Of a stretch of 64,000 nucleotides of DNA, positions 52,384-63,696 are shown piece after piece. A model generated the notes under the pieces. The model was not told where the DNA came from. It ran no database searches and worked only from the letters and a program-made list of their open reading frames with translations. Source of the stretch: an uncultured Acidobacteriota bacterium (GTDB lineage Bacteria; Acidobacteriota; UBA6911). The stretch lies in contig CAWHCF010000023.1 in the NCBI GenBank assembly GCA_963827655.1, positions 256,001-320,000 of the forward strand, in the 5' to 3' direction. Numbering within the stretch: the stretch's first letter is position 1; each line of letters starts with the position of its first letter. Position numbers and translations under genes: made by a program.

Positions 52384-53190
52384 TCAAGCGCCGAGCTTCG
52401 CAGCCAGCTCCTCGAAGCCGGCCGCCGTAATGTCAAAGGACGGATCCGCTGCTATATCGACAGCTCGTCCTTTTCCGAACTCGAGCGGTCTCTGAACGAA
52501 AGCCGTTCGCATGCCGATCTTCTGGGAGGCGCGCAGGTCTCCCTTGTGGGCCGCAACCATCATCACCTGTTCCGGCCGCAGCCCGAGCAGATCGCAGGCC
52601 ATCTGATATACCTCCAGATCGGGCTTGTAGCGCTTGATGAGCTCGGCCGAAAGAATGCAGTCCCAGGGGAGGCGCGCGTGCTTCGCCATATTGACCAGCA
52701 GGGCGACGTTGCCGTTCGAAAGGGTCGCGATGATGAATTTCCCGCGCAGGCGCGACAATCCTCTGACAGTGTCAGGCCACGGCTCGAGACGATGCCAGGC
52801 GCGGTTCAGATTCTGTTTCTCGGCCTCACTCAGTCCATCGATTTTGAACTCTACCAGCAGGCGGTCGAGAATCATCCGGTGCAGGGTGTCGATGTTGGTC
52901 CACGGAAGCTCTCCGCGGCGAACACGATCCATGGCGGGTCCGTAACCGGAACGCCACGCGTCGGCGAATCGCTCCCAGTCGCCTTCGATCCGCTTCGCCC
53001 GGCCCAGCGCCGAAGCTTCACGGATGATCGAGCCGCGCCAGTCGACGACCGTGCCGAACACGTCAAAGGTGAGCGCCTTGATCGAAGCCGGATCGAATCG
53101 GGTATCGGTCGCTTTCATTCCACGAGCCAGCATGGCCGCCGTGAGGCCCCGAAGAACATCGCGACGCCTGAGGCGAAGATAGCCGGACAT
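52384..53190 (-). CDS. Haloacid dehalogenase type II with Tat-like leader
   Basis: FDVFGTVVDW, LSNGN, YKP and VAAH..DL motifs; RRRDVLR leader. Confidence 0.9.
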   Translation of the reverse strand: MSGYLRLRRRDVLRGLTAAMLARGMKATDTRFDPASIKALTFDVFGTVVDWRGSIIREASALGRAKRIEGDWERFADAWRSGYGPAMDRVRRGELPWTNIDTLHRMILDRLLVEFKIDGLSEAEKQNLNRAWHRLEPWPDTVRGLSRLRGKFIIATLSNGNVALLVNMAKHARLPWDCILSAELIKRYKPDLEVYQMACDLLGLRPEQVMMVAAHKGDLRASQKIGMRTAFVQRPLEFGKGRAVDIAADPSFDITAAGFEELAAKLGA

Positions 53191-53304
53191 GCCACGATCC
53201 TAGCACTCCTGAGTTTCGGAACCAATCCTTAGGGCTCGCGCAGTCAGCAGCAATAACCGCTATTTTCACCCTGCTCCGCCCTCGCTCGCCGTCAGAATCG
53301 CGAG

Positions 53305-54174
53305 TTATTTCGGACCCCAGATCGAACGAGCGGTCTTCCCCAGTATCCAGGCGCGGTCCTCCGGCGACAGAAAGGGCAACCCTTTCGCCACGGCTGAGAG
53401 ACGCTCGGCGTAAGCGGGCTTGGGTAAGTGCATCGGGAAGTTGCTTCCCCACATCAAGCGACTGGCGCCGAAGGCAGCCAGGAGTTTCTGTTGAAAAGGA
53501 TGCAGATCAGGCCAGGGATACGAATCTCGCGACAGCCGGTAGTGCAACGAGACCTTGACATAGATCGTGGGATGCTTTGCCAGTCCGAGCAAACTTTCCC
53601 AGGCTCCGGAGTGCGATTTCGGATTCGGATCAACATGGCCCAGGTGGTCAATTACGAGGGTTAGGTTGGGGTGCTGCCGGGCCAGACGTCCGATGAGGCC
53701 GTGCAGATTCTGGTCACGATAAAGCAGCTGGACCGGCACTCGCAATTCCGTCGCGGCTCGCAGGAGGGGCGCGGCGCCCCCAGCCGCCACGCCTTCGACA
53801 ATTTGAGGCTGCAACAGATGAAGTCTCACACCCCGCAGCCCTTCCTCGTCGAATTGCTTTCTCAGCGCATACGGAGCCCTCGGTGCCAGTGGATCAGGCA
53901 AGTATCCAAGCCCGGCGAATCGATCCCCGTGCATTTGTATCGAGTGAATCAGGTAATTGTTGTTCTCGCCATACCAGGGAGTCTGAACCAGGAGGGCCCG
54001 GCCGACACCGTTGGCATCCATCAAGCGAAGCAAGTGCTCCACGGAGCCATCGAAATCGGGAAGCGGACTACCAGGCAAATCGATGGGTGGATCCGATACG
54101 CGGTCTCCGGGCCAGACATGGACATGCGCGTCAAAGATTTCATCGCGTTTCACGGTCCCTTGCCCGAGTGTCAT
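53305..54174 (-). CDS. Amidohydrolase_2 family protein
   Basis: DAHVHVW, GVRL, IDHLG and RLMWGSNFP motifs. Confidence 0.85.
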   Translation of the reverse strand: MTLGQGTVKRDEIFDAHVHVWPGDRVSDPPIDLPGSPLPDFDGSVEHLLRLMDANGVGRALLVQTPWYGENNNYLIHSIQMHGDRFAGLGYLPDPLAPRAPYALRKQFDEEGLRGVRLHLLQPQIVEGVAAGGAAPLLRAATELRVPVQLLYRDQNLHGLIGRLARQHPNLTLVIDHLGHVDPNPKSHSGAWESLLGLAKHPTIYVKVSLHYRLSRDSYPWPDLHPFQQKLLAAFGASRLMWGSNFPMHLPKPAYAERLSAVAKGLPFLSPEDRAWILGKTARSIWGPK

Positions 54175-54716
54175 TTCAGTCCCGCGAGAGTCGGACGTGA
54201 TCGCCGGTAAAGATCGAGGGCGGAATGGATGATCCTGTGCGCTTCAGGGCGTCCACGCGGCGTTTCGACTCTGACTCGTTTGTTCTCGAGAATCTTGTAG
54301 TCGAGGAAGAAGCGCTCGAGTTCTCGCAGCTTATGCTGGGGCAACTCAGAGATATCCGTGTAGTGATTGAACTCCGGATCGTCGGATTGAACCGCAATTA
54401 TTTTGTCGTCCTCCCCTTTCTCGTCCACCATCATCATGACGCCGATGGCTCGGCAACGCACAATGCAGAGGGGATGGACCGGCTCTTGCGCAAGCGCGAG
54501 CACGTCGAGGGGATCACCGTCTTCACAGAAAGTCCGGGGTATGAACCCGTAGTTGGCCGGATAGTGGACCGCGCTGTAGAGGACTCGATCCAGGATCAGC
54601 ATTCCGGTTTTCTTGTCCATCTCATACTTGTTCTTCGAACCCTTCGGAATCTCGATCACGGCGAGGAATCCCTGCTCGATGTTCAATCCGGGATCCAGAT
54701 CATGCCAAGGATTCAT
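54171..54716 (-). CDS. ppa: Inorganic pyrophosphatase (family I)
   Basis: [25 protein letters not shown] and DDKI motifs. Confidence 0.95.
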   Translation of the reverse strand: MNPWHDLDPGLNIEQGFLAVIEIPKGSKNKYEMDKKTGMLILDRVLYSAVHYPANYGFIPRTFCEDGDPLDVLALAQEPVHPLCIVRCRAIGVMMMVDEKGEDDKIIAVQSDDPEFNHYTDISELPQHKLRELERFFLDYKILENKRVRVETPRGRPEAHRIIHSALDLYRRSRPTLAGLK

Positions 54717-54942
54717 CTTGATTTACGATTGACGATTGACGATTGACGATTGAACACGTTTACTCCCCAATAACATGATGGAGCTTACCACACTCGCTTC
54801 GAGCTTGCCGCCGATTGGACTGGCGGAGGCGGGTTAACCGCCGACAGAAGAAGACGCCAAGCGAACGGTCCCGATATCATATCGATATTCGCCTGCCGAA
54901 TATTCAACCTCTGCCCCCCGCAAAATGAGGTAGACTGAACCC

Positions 54943-55386
54943 GTGAAAATCGCATTGGGCAGCGATCACGCCGGGTACGATCTCAAGGAGAAGGTCAAAG
55001 GATTCCTGAGCGGAATGGGAATCGAGGTCCACGACGCCGGCACAGTATCCACCGATAGCGTCGACTACCCCGACTTTGCGAAGCAGGTGGCCGTACAGGT
55101 TCGCGATGGCAAGGTCGATCGGGGCATTCTCATGTGTGGAACCGGAGTGGGTGTATGCATCGCGGCCAACAAGTTCCGAGGGATCCGAGCGGCCCTCGCC
55201 TCCGATCCCGAGATCGCGCGCCTGAGCCGGCAGCACAATGATGCCAATATCTTGTGCCTGGCGAGTCGGTTTACTGACGCAAAGAAGGCGCAGGAGCTGG
55301 TGAAAATCTGGCTGGAGACCGACTTCGAGGGAGGCCGGCATCAGCGTCGCCTGGAAAAGATTCAGAAGCTGGAGCAGGAGCGCTGA
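54943..55386 (+). CDS. rpiB: Ribose-5-phosphate isomerase B
   Basis: GSDHAG, DYPD, CGTGVG, HNDAN and GGRH..R motifs. Confidence 0.95.
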   Translation: MKIALGSDHAGYDLKEKVKGFLSGMGIEVHDAGTVSTDSVDYPDFAKQVAVQVRDGKVDRGILMCGTGVGVCIAANKFRGIRAALASDPEIARLSRQHNDANILCLASRFTDAKKAQELVKIWLETDFEGGRHQRRLEKIQKLEQER

Positions 55387-55434
55387 CCATCAAGACGCGA
55401 AGAGCGCCCAGAACACTTCGCCAGGAAACAACTT

Positions 55435-56698
55435 ATGAATGATTCCATTTTCGAAGTCGATCCTGAAGTAGCATCCGCCATCGCCATGGAGACACGGCGG
55501 CAGAATGAAAACCTGGAGCTTATCGCTTCGGAGAATTTCGTGAGCGAAGCTGTGCTGGAAGCCACCGGCTCGGTCTTCACCAACAAATATGCCGAGGGTT
55601 ATCCAGGCAAGCGTTATTACGCCGGATGCGAGTTTGTTGACAAGGTCGAGACCCTGGTCCAGACGCGGGCCAAGAAACTATTCGGCGCTGAACATGTGAA
55701 CGCGCAGCCGCATTCCGGAACCCAGGCCAACGTGGCGGTCTACATGACCGTGTGCAAACCGGGCGACACGATTCTGGGGATGAACCTGGCTCATGGCGGG
55801 CATCTGACTCACGGCCATCCTTTGAACTTCTCGGGCAAGATGTATCGCGTCCAGGCCTACGGCGTGACGGCCGAAACCGAACAGATCGACTACGACGAGC
55901 TGGCGCGCCTGGCTCAGGAGCACAAGCCTCGCCTCATCGTGTGCGGCGCGAGCGCGTATCCCAGGATTATCGATTTCGCGCGCATCGGAGAGATCGCCCG
56001 GTCTGTCGGAGCACGCTCGATGGCGGACATCGCGCATATCGCCGGCATGGTGGCCACCGGGCTTCATCCCAGTCCTATCCAGCACATGGATTTCGTGACC
56101 ACCACGACGCACAAGACGCTGAGGGGACCGCGCGGCGGACTGATCATGTGCAAGGAAGAATTCGCCAAAGACGTGGACAAGGTGGTTTTTCCGGGAACCC
56201 AAGGAGGTCCGCTGGTCCACGTCATCGCCGCCAAAGCAGTCTGTCTGAACGAAGCTCTCAAGCCCGACTTCGCCGAGTACCAGCGACAAATAGTCGCCAA
56301 CGCCAAAGCGCTTGCAAATACGCTCATGGCGGGAGGGTTTTCGGCTGGTTTCAGGCGGAACGGACAATCACCTGATGCTGGTGGATGTGTTCAGCCGGGG
56401 CATCACCGGCAAGGACGCCGAGCAATCCCTGGAAAAAGCCAACATCACGGTAAACAAGAATGCGATTCCGTTCGACAAGAATCCGCCCATGGTGGCGAGC
56501 GGTATCCGCATAGGGACTCCCGCGGTAACGACTCGCGGGATGCGGGAAAAGGAAATGGAAACCATCGGACGACTGATCGCCCGGGTGCTGCGCGCGCCGG
56601 CCGATCAAGAAGGCCGGCGCCAGGTCCGTCAGATGGTCCTTGACCTTTGCGATAAATTCCCGCTTTATTCGAAACGAATGGCGGTCATCGCGAAGTAA
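55435..56698 (+). CDS. glyA: Serine hydroxymethyltransferase (frameshift near 56335)
   Basis: [33 protein letters not shown] and SGIRIGT are in the second frame. Confidence 0.95.
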
Positions 56699-56729
56699 AT
56701 CTGCGAGGTATTTCCTTCTAGCTGTCTTC

Positions 56730-58686
56730 ATGGGAAGAATGATTTCCGGGGCCAAGCTGAAAGAGTTCCTGGGGCCGAATGGAGTCATCGCCCGGGATCA
56801 TCCCAATTATGAGTTTCGTCCGGCGCAGGTTCGAATGGCGCAGGCTATCCTGCACGCCATCGAACAACGCCATCATCTTTGCGTCGAGGCGGGCACAGGG
56901 ACAGGTAAGACTCTGGCCTATCTGCTTCCCAGCATTTTCAGCGGCAAGCGGATAGTCATCTCCACCGGCACCAAAAACCTGCAGGAACAGCTTTTTTTCA
57001 AGGACGTCCCGTTTCTGGAGAAGGCGCTGGGTCGCAAGCTGTCGGTCTGTTACATGAAAGGCCGCAGTAACTACCTCTGTCTGAAAAAGCTGGCCGAGAT
57101 CGATGGAGAGGGATACCTCTTTTCGCGGCATGATCCCGAGTATCTGGCCCAGATCAGGGATTGGGCGGGAAAGACCGAAACCGGAGATCGCGCGGAGCTG
57201 AAGGAGCTTCCGGACGAGCTGCTGTTGTGGCGCCACCTGGATGCGCGCCGGGAAACCTGCACGGGTCAAAAGTGCGCGGACTTCGATAGTTGTTTTGTGA
57301 CGCGGGTCCGAAAGCGAGCCCTGGAATCCGACATCATCATTGTGAATCACCATCTCTTCTTTGCGGATCTTGCGCTCAAGCAGGGAGACTTCGGGTCGGT
57401 GCTACCGAGTTATTCCGTTGTGGTCTTCGACGAGGCGCACGAGCTGGAGGATGTAGCGACGGACTACTTCGGCGTCATGGTCAGTAATTACCGGCTGGAG
57501 GAGCTCGTGCGCGATACCGAGAAAGCTCTCACGGACGCAGGCTCTCCTTCGACATTCGTAGAGAAGCAGCTCTCGAGGCTTTCCGTTTCTACGACAGAGT
57601 TTTTTGGCTGTTTCCGAGGGAAAGACGGACGTTACCCGTCTCGCAGAGCTGGGCGAAGGACTCGAAACGCGGCGGGGTCCCCAAGGCGTGGGAGACGCTT
57701 ATCGAGCGCTGATCGCCCAATTGGCCGTCATCGAAAGCGGCCTGGCGAATCTCGCGGTTCAAAACGATGCCATCGAGTCCTTGGCCCGGCGGGCATCCGA
57801 GCTGCAGGACGAGCTCACCACCGTATTGGAATCGAGCTCCAGAGAACATGTTTACTGGTACGAATTGCGGGGGCGCGGCGTTTTTCTCTGGGCGTCCCCC
57901 ATTCGTGTCGCCACGGTTTTGAAAGAGCGCCTGTTCGCCAAAACCGACACCGTGATCCTCACGTCCGCGACCCTCGCCACCGGGAATAACTTCGAATTCA
58001 TACGATCGCGCCTCGGGCTGGAAACCTCGGAGGAGCTGATCCTGGGATCTCATTTTGATTTCACACGGCAGGCAATTTTCTATGTTCCACGAGATATACC
58101 GGAACCGCGCGAACAGGACTGGGTGAAGCAAGCCTGTCTGCAACTGGAAAAAATTCTCGATGCGAGCCGGGGGCGCGCCTTCGTGCTTTTCACCAGTTAC
58201 GCTCAGATGCAGCTGGTCTATCGCTCTCTCAAGGGCAGGCTGAGCTTTCCCATGCTGCTCCAGGGAGAAAAAAGCAAGAGCGGGCTACTGGAGGAATTTC
58301 GTGAGACACCGAACTCAGTCCTTTTTGCCACCAGCAGTTTCTGGCAGGGCGTGGATGTTCAGGGTGAGAAGCTGAGCTGTGTGGTCATCGACAAACTGCC
58401 GTTCGCGGTGCCAAGCGACCCGGTGGTAGCAGCGCGCATCCGGTACTTGAACGAGACCGGCGGCAACGCTTTCTACGACTACCAGATTCCAGAAGCAATC
58501 ATTCTCCTCAAGCAAGGCCTTGGGCGTCTGATCCGCAGCCGAACGGACCGCGGGATCCTGGCGCTGCTCGACAAGCGAATCCTCACGAAGAGCTACGGCT
58601 GGACCTTTCTGCACAGCCTGCCTCCGGCCCCGCTGACTCACGACGCCCAGGACCTTCACGACTTCATAGGGTCGTCGGCTTCGTGA
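56730..58686 (+). CDS. DinG/YoaA-family ATP-dependent DNA helicase (frameshift near 57640)
   Basis: EAGTGTGKT, KGRSNYLC, DEAH, TSATL, FWQGVD and QGLGRLIR motifs. Confidence 0.9.
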
Positions 58687-58870
58687 TTTCTTGGGTCTTC
58701 GCCGGCCTTCGGGTCGACCGTCCCGAACGATTGACGATTGACGATTGCAGATCTGACCAATATGAAGGTCCGTTTCTGCTTGTCAGCGTGAGAGCATTCT
58801 GTGGAGAAGCTTCACCAGGAGCACGCGTTTCGCTCAATCACAATCGATCGCTTCGGTAGTCTGCAGAACG

Positions 58871-58899
58871 TTGACACAAAGGCAAAGCGGGTTCAAAAT
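58871..58899 (+). promoter_or_regulatory. Putative sigma70 promoter
   Basis: TTGACA - 17 bp - CAAAAT, 55 bp upstream of ATG 58955, which has a GGAGG RBS. Confidence 0.5.
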
Positions 58900-58954
58900 A
58901 CAAGCCAAGTTTCCGAATCAGTGCCTTTTCATCGGGGGTCTGCAAGGAGGATAC

Positions 58955-59989
58955 ATGCATAAGCACTTTCGAAGGTTCGCCGGATGCGTGACCTTATCGG
59001 CTGTGCTGGTTCTGATGGTGACTGTTCCGGCCGCGAGCCAGAACCGGATCATAAAAGGGAAAGTTACGAACGAGAAGGGGGAGCCGGTCGTGGGCGCCGC
59101 CGTAGTGATCCAGGGGACGGACGTCAAACGAGATTACCCGGTAAAGACCGATAAGAAGGGTGAGTACTTCTACATGGGAATCCCCTTCGGTGAGTACCGG
59201 GTCATCGTTCGCGCGCAGGGGTACAACCCGGATTTCGCCTCGGGCATCAAGCCGACCATGGCACAGGAATCCGAAGTTAACTTCACGCTCAAGCCCGGCA
59301 GGCCGGACAGCAAGCTGCCTTTCGAACTCACGCCGCAAGAGCTGGAAAAAATGAAGCAGGAACGGGCCGACGCCGAGAAGCAGAAGCAGGCGACCGGTGA
59401 AGTGAAGACACTCTTCGAAGGGGGACTGGCGCTGGCCCAGCAGGGCAAGTACGCGGAAGCGGCCGAGGAATACAAGAAGGCGATCGAGAAAGATCCTCAG
59501 CAGCCTTACGTTTTCGCCAATCTGGCGGATGCCCTGTCCAGGAACAACCAGCTGCCCGAGGCCCTGGACGCCTACCAGAAGGCTATTGCGCTGAAGCCGG
59601 ATGACGCGGCTATGTACACCAACATGGGAGTGCTGCTGGGGAAAATGGGAAAGACGGCCGAGTCACAGGAAGCCTTCAAGAAGGCGGCCTCGATCAATCC
59701 TGGCGCAGCGGCTCAGAACTTCTTCAATCTTGGAGCGACCCTGGTAAACAGCGGCAAATCCGCCGACGCGGCCGAGGCGTTCAAACAGGCCATTGCTGCC
59801 GATCCGAACTTCGCGGAGGCCTACTACCAGCTTGGGATCTGCCTGTCGGGGAATCCGGCGACAATTTCGGAGTCCATTAAAGCGCTACAGAAGTACATCG
59901 AAATCGGAAAGAACGCGGAGCAGGTCGAAGTGGCCAAGCAGCTTATCGCTGCGCTGGCCCCACAGGAAAAAGGAAAGAAGAAACCGTAA
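58955..59989 (+). CDS. Secreted carboxypeptidase-regulatory-like domain + TPR protein
   Basis: Signal peptide, IKGKVT..KGEPV.GA, then multiple TPR repeats. Confidence 0.85.
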   Translation: MHKHFRRFAGCVTLSAVLVLMVTVPAASQNRIIKGKVTNEKGEPVVGAAVVIQGTDVKRDYPVKTDKKGEYFYMGIPFGEYRVIVRAQGYNPDFASGIKPTMAQESEVNFTLKPGRPDSKLPFELTPQELEKMKQERADAEKQKQATGEVKTLFEGGLALAQQGKYAEAAEEYKKAIEKDPQQPYVFANLADALSRNNQLPEALDAYQKAIALKPDDAAMYTNMGVLLGKMGKTAESQEAFKKAASINPGAAAQNFFNLGATLVNSGKSADAAEAFKQAIAADPNFAEAYYQLGICLSGNPATISESIKALQKYIEIGKNAEQVEVAKQLIAALAPQEKGKKKP

Positions 59990-60052
59990 CGGCTTCTTGG
60001 TGTTTCCTCGTGTCCTGGCGGTATTCGTTTCACCGCCCAGTCGCGCCGATTT

Positions 60053-60769
60053 CTATTTCCTGGCTTTAGACGAGAAAAGGTTTTCCGCCCGGCGGCATCC
60101 TACATCCGCAAGGCTTTGAAGGGCGGCGAGCGCCGATTCTGCCACTATAGGGGTGCGGTCGTCCATGAGCTCCTGGATGCGCTTGAGAGTCGAGTCGGCA
60201 ATCTCATTCGGACGATGCCAGTAGGCGACTGCAAGCTCCGAAAGCGTCAGCGCGCGAGTATCCGGGTCCTTATGGTGGGTCAGTTCCAGCAGAGCCTGTA
60301 ACGAACGCTCTCCCCCCTGCTGGGCAATGGTGCCAAGTGATTCAACGATCCACTTGCGAAGCTTCCCGCTCCCTTTCTTCCCTTCCGGCCGACTGTTGAG
60401 AATCGGCAAGAAAAAGTCCACGGCCGCATCATCTCCAATCGCGCCCACGGCTTCGATGACCGCCTGCAGACACTCGTCTCCGCCGAATTCCCGCGCCTGT
60501 TCTGCCTCGGTAAAGGCCTTTTTCAAAGGTTCCAGGAACTCCTGGCTGCCTATGGCTCCCATGGCGTACGCGGCGAATTCGCGTCGCTTGGCGTCATCAT
60601 GACGCAGCAGCGCGAGGAGGTGCTCGTTGAACCGGGGATCGCGAATAACCCCGAGACGCGGAACGATCTCAAAGAGCGAATCGGGATCCCCTGATTCCAG
60701 GACCCTCAGACAATCCCGAATGATTTCTTCGGAGAAACGCGGTTTTCTTTTCGGAAGAGGTTCTTTCAA
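60053..60769 (-). CDS. HEAT-repeat protein
   Basis: RREFAAYAMGAIG, VIEAVGAIG and IVESLGTI repeats. Confidence 0.75.
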   Translation of the reverse strand: MKEPLPKRKPRFSEEIIRDCLRVLESGDPDSLFEIVPRLGVIRDPRFNEHLLALLRHDDAKRREFAAYAMGAIGSQEFLEPLKKAFTEAEQAREFGGDECLQAVIEAVGAIGDDAAVDFFLPILNSRPEGKKGSGKLRKWIVESLGTIAQQGGERSLQALLELTHHKDPDTRALTLSELAVAYWHRPNEIADSTLKRIQELMDDRTPIVAESALAALQSLADVGCRRAENLFSSKARK

Positions 60770-60825
60770 TTCGTCAAGCCCGAGCCGCCACGCGGTTTGG
60801 GAAGAACTCGCAAAAAACGATTAAC

Positions 60826-60834
60826 ATTATATCA
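60826..60834 (-). promoter_or_regulatory. Putative extended -10 promoter
   Basis: TGATATAAT on the minus strand, 56 bp upstream of the HEAT gene start. Confidence 0.45.
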
Positions 60835-60863
60835 TCACTGGTCATTTCATACCGGAAAGTAGG

Positions 60864-61181
60864 TCATTTGGCCGATACTCCGCGTCCCGGAGTTTCCTGG
60901 GCGCCGTTCTCAGCTCGCGGCCGAAGACCCTCCAGAGCAAACTTCTGCTTGCAGGCATCGGAGCAGAAGAAGAAGACCCCGTTCTTGTGGTCCATCCTGA
61001 CGGCGACCCTGGGATCCAGATACATCCCGCATACAGGATCTTTAACGGTCGTCGAACGAACTCCTTTGGGCTGCGCCGGAGGAACGTGAAGCCGGCGCGC
61101 ATCGAACAATCGACGCAACAGCCGAACTACAATCAGGAGCGTCATGACTACGACAAATACTCGCATTGCCAGCGTAAACAT
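60864..61181 (-). CDS. YHS/TRASH domain membrane-anchored protein
   Basis: KDPVCGM...FFFCS..C after an N-terminal TM helix. Confidence 0.85.
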   Translation of the reverse strand: MFTLAMRVFVVVMTLLIVVRLLRRLFDARRLHVPPAQPKGVRSTTVKDPVCGMYLDPRVAVRMDHKNGVFFFCSDACKQKFALEGLRPRAENGAQETPGRGVSAK

Positions 61182-61194
61182 GGTCTCTCTCTGC

Positions 61195-61794
61195 TTATCT
61201 GCCACCCGACTTGAGCTGGTTGATTCTTTGCTCCAAGGCGGCTCGCTGAGGCAGATTGGGATTCGATCGAAGGAGTTCTTCCCAAACGGCTATGGCTCCG
61301 TTCGCGTCTTTTTTGCCCGCGTGGAGCACGACACCCTTGTTGAACAATGCCTGGGCAAAAGAAGGACTGTATTGCAGGACACGGTCCAGAATTTCGATTG
61401 CCTTGTCGTGCTGTCCCAGATAATGCAGGCACGCAGCGAGGTCCGTTTCGACCCGCGCATCCCGCGGTTTTAACGCCAGGCTTTGCTGGTAGGCTTCGGC
61501 TGCTTTCTCGTACTGTCCGACGTCATAATAGATGTTGCCGATCTTGGTCTTGTACTCTGCATTTCCCGGGTTGGCGCGGCTCATCTGCTCAAGCGCCATA
61601 AGGTCTTTCGCGTAATCGATAGGCGGGTGATTCTCCGGAAGCGGTGGATGGTCCGGAGGCAGGTTGCTGGCCGCGGGAGGTTGAATGACCGGGGTCTGCC
61701 CCTGACCAGAACCAAGATAGTAAATCGTCCAGCCACCCAATGCCGCCACCACGCACGCAAAGATAAGATTCACGCGCTTTCGGTCACTGTTCAT
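61195..61794 (-). CDS. Membrane-anchored TPR protein with LPxxHP motifs
   Basis: TM helix, LPPDHPPLPENHPP, then TPR repeats. Confidence 0.8.
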   Translation of the reverse strand: MNSDRKRVNLIFACVVAALGGWTIYYLGSGQGQTPVIQPPAASNLPPDHPPLPENHPPIDYAKDLMALEQMSRANPGNAEYKTKIGNIYYDVGQYEKAAEAYQQSLALKPRDARVETDLAACLHYLGQHDKAIEILDRVLQYSPSFAQALFNKGVVLHAGKKDANGAIAVWEELLRSNPNLPQRAALEQRINQLKSGGR

Positions 61795-61901
61795 AATGTA
61801 GCTTAATGTTACGGAACAGGCTCAAGTCATGCCAGAGAAATAACGGTTCGTCGCATTGGGACAAGATGCATGGCCGGCCATGACAATAAGAATAACAGAA
61901 T

Positions 61902-62594
61902 TCAGAAGTGGAGTTGGAGTTCCGAAAAGCTCCGGAGTTGCAGTAGCCGGGGATGTTTTATCGGCTCTTCGTGTTCCAGAACCCAGGTGTGCGGGTGAGG
62001 AATGAAGACGGCGCTGAGACCTGCGCCCAGGGCCGGATTGATGTCTGAGCGGGGGCTGTTGCCGATCATCCAGGTAGAAGAAGATTCCCAGGCGTGCGCT
62101 TCCAGCAGATTCAGGTAAGTATCGATGCTCTTCTCCGAAACAATCTCGACCCCCTGAAAATATCTACCCAGGCCCGAGGATTCAATTTTGCGCGACTGCT
62201 CTTCGCGGTGTCCTTTGGTAACCAGGCATAGAGAATGCCTGGATGAAAGATAAGCGAGCGTCTCCGCGACTCCATCGATGATCTCAAGAGGCTGCTTCAT
62301 GATCTGGAGCGCAAGTTCCTCCACCTCGATCCTGAGCTTGTTGCCTGGGTCCGGCACAAGATACCGTTCGCACGCCTTCACCAGGCAGCGGCTGAAATTC
62401 AGAGTGCCGTAGCCGTGAATCGGAATGTGCCGGCGCTCCACTTCATTCAGGTATTCCCTGAACGCTTCGGGCGCAACCCTGAACGGCTGCAGGAGCGCCT
62501 GAACGGAAGCGATCACTCTTTCGAAGTAGATGTTGTTTTCCCAGAGCGTATCGTCTGCGTCGATGAGCAGGTTTTGCCGCTGTGCGATTTCCAA
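61902..62594 (-). CDS. HAD family hydrolase
   Basis: DADDTLWEN, TKG, EK and MIGNS.RSDI motifs; TTG start with AAGGA RBS. Confidence 0.9.
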   Translation of the reverse strand: MEIAQRQNLLIDADDTLWENNIYFERVIASVQALLQPFRVAPEAFREYLNEVERRHIPIHGYGTLNFSRCLVKACERYLVPDPGNKLRIEVEELALQIMKQPLEIIDGVAETLAYLSSRHSLCLVTKGHREEQSRKIESSGLGRYFQGVEIVSEKSIDTYLNLLEAHAWESSSTWMIGNSPRSDINPALGAGLSAVFIPHPHTWVLEHEEPIKHPRLLQLRSFSELQLHF

Positions 62595-62708
62595 GATCGA
62601 TCCTTGCGAAAAAGATGGAGAATACAACAAGGCCTTCGCATCGACAACAGGAAGGAACACTCAGCTGGAGATGCCAGACCTTTGCCTTCCTCGGAGACTT
62701 TGCCCTTA

Positions 62709-62946
62709 GGGTGCGCGCAGAAATGAGTTCGCATTCTGCTGCAGGCCCCCAGGTACGCTGGCGAGGCGCGCGCGACGATGCGTACCCCAGGGGCAGTACG
62801 TGAGGAGCGAGCAACAAAGCCTGCGGGCTGCAGCCCGAAGGGGCGCGATCCTGAGAATGCCAGGCTTCGCGGCAAACGGAAACCCGGTTCAAAAAAATGG
62901 CCACCGACTCTCGCGCCAGAATGTGAAGTTATTTCTGCGCGAGCTC
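62709..62946. mobile_element. MITE family A, copy 2
   Basis: Colinear with 19681-19912, including both TIRs and the internal CGTAC...GTACG hairpin. Confidence 0.85.
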
Positions 62947-62975
62947 CTGGCTGCCGTTCCGCCTGGAGCGCGCAG

Positions 62976-63398
62976 TCAGGAGGTCTGTTTGGCAACGAGT
63001 TCGGCGATTAATGTTTTGGGCGCCGTCAGGCGATAGGCGTCCACCAGGATGGTTTCGACTTCTATCCAGTCAACCTGAGTCGTATCGAGCCACAAGCCGA
63101 TCCAGCCAAGGTGACCAACATGCTTTGGGATGTGAAATCGGCCTGGGACCTGTCTCGCCAACTGTTGGGCAACACCGCGTGGAGCTTTGCAGTGAAGCGC
63201 GAGCCGTCCATCACCGTGATGGTCATCCAGATACCAGCCAAAGCGCTTTCGACGGACTTCAAGGCTCAAGTGATTGCCAGCGGGTACCGTGCACGCCTCA
63301 GGAAGTCTTTCAACAATGGCGACGACACGAACTCGCCGTTCGTCGCCGACTTTCCCCCTCAGCTTGAATGACCTCTGTTGGTCGGTACTTTCATCCAT
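62976..63398 (-). CDS. MmcQ/YjbR family protein
   Basis: LPEA, DHHGDG, FHIP.HVG..GWIG and DAYRLTAPK motifs. Confidence 0.85.
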   Translation of the reverse strand: MDESTDQQRSFKLRGKVGDERRVRVVAIVERLPEACTVPAGNHLSLEVRRKRFGWYLDDHHGDGRLALHCKAPRGVAQQLARQVPGRFHIPKHVGHLGWIGLWLDTTQVDWIEVETILVDAYRLTAPKTLIAELVAKQTS

Positions 63399-63420
63399 TG
63401 CACGCAGCTTGGCGAAGCCC

Positions 63421-63656
63421 TGTGGCGACGGTCTCATCCGAGACTGTTGCAAAACTCGCCCGGTTCATGTGCGGACGGGCTATCAAGCCCGTCCGGCCTG
63501 TCGAGAGGAAAATGACCTTGTTAGAAATAAGTCCTTTAATCGCGTTTACTTGCGACGGGCCAATGGCCCGTCGCCACAGGATGCCCGGAAAGCGTCTAAG
63601 ACACTCGGCGGGGTCGCAGCTGAGTTTCGCCACGGCCTCTGATGACCTGCGCCACA
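63421..63656. mobile_element. MITE family B, copy 3
   Basis: TGTGGCG...GAGACTGTTGCAAAACTC / GAGTTTCGCCACGGCCTCTGATGACCTGCGCCACA, with the same two internal hairpins as copy 1. Confidence 0.8.
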
Positions 63657-63696
63657 GACCCAAGATCCAGGCGTTGACTGCGGTCGACCCCGGACA

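Noticed and set aside
56312-56698. Programmed frameshift in glyA at GGGAGGGTTTT
   Set aside because: Many similar indels occur across unrelated genes, so sequencing error is more parsimonious.
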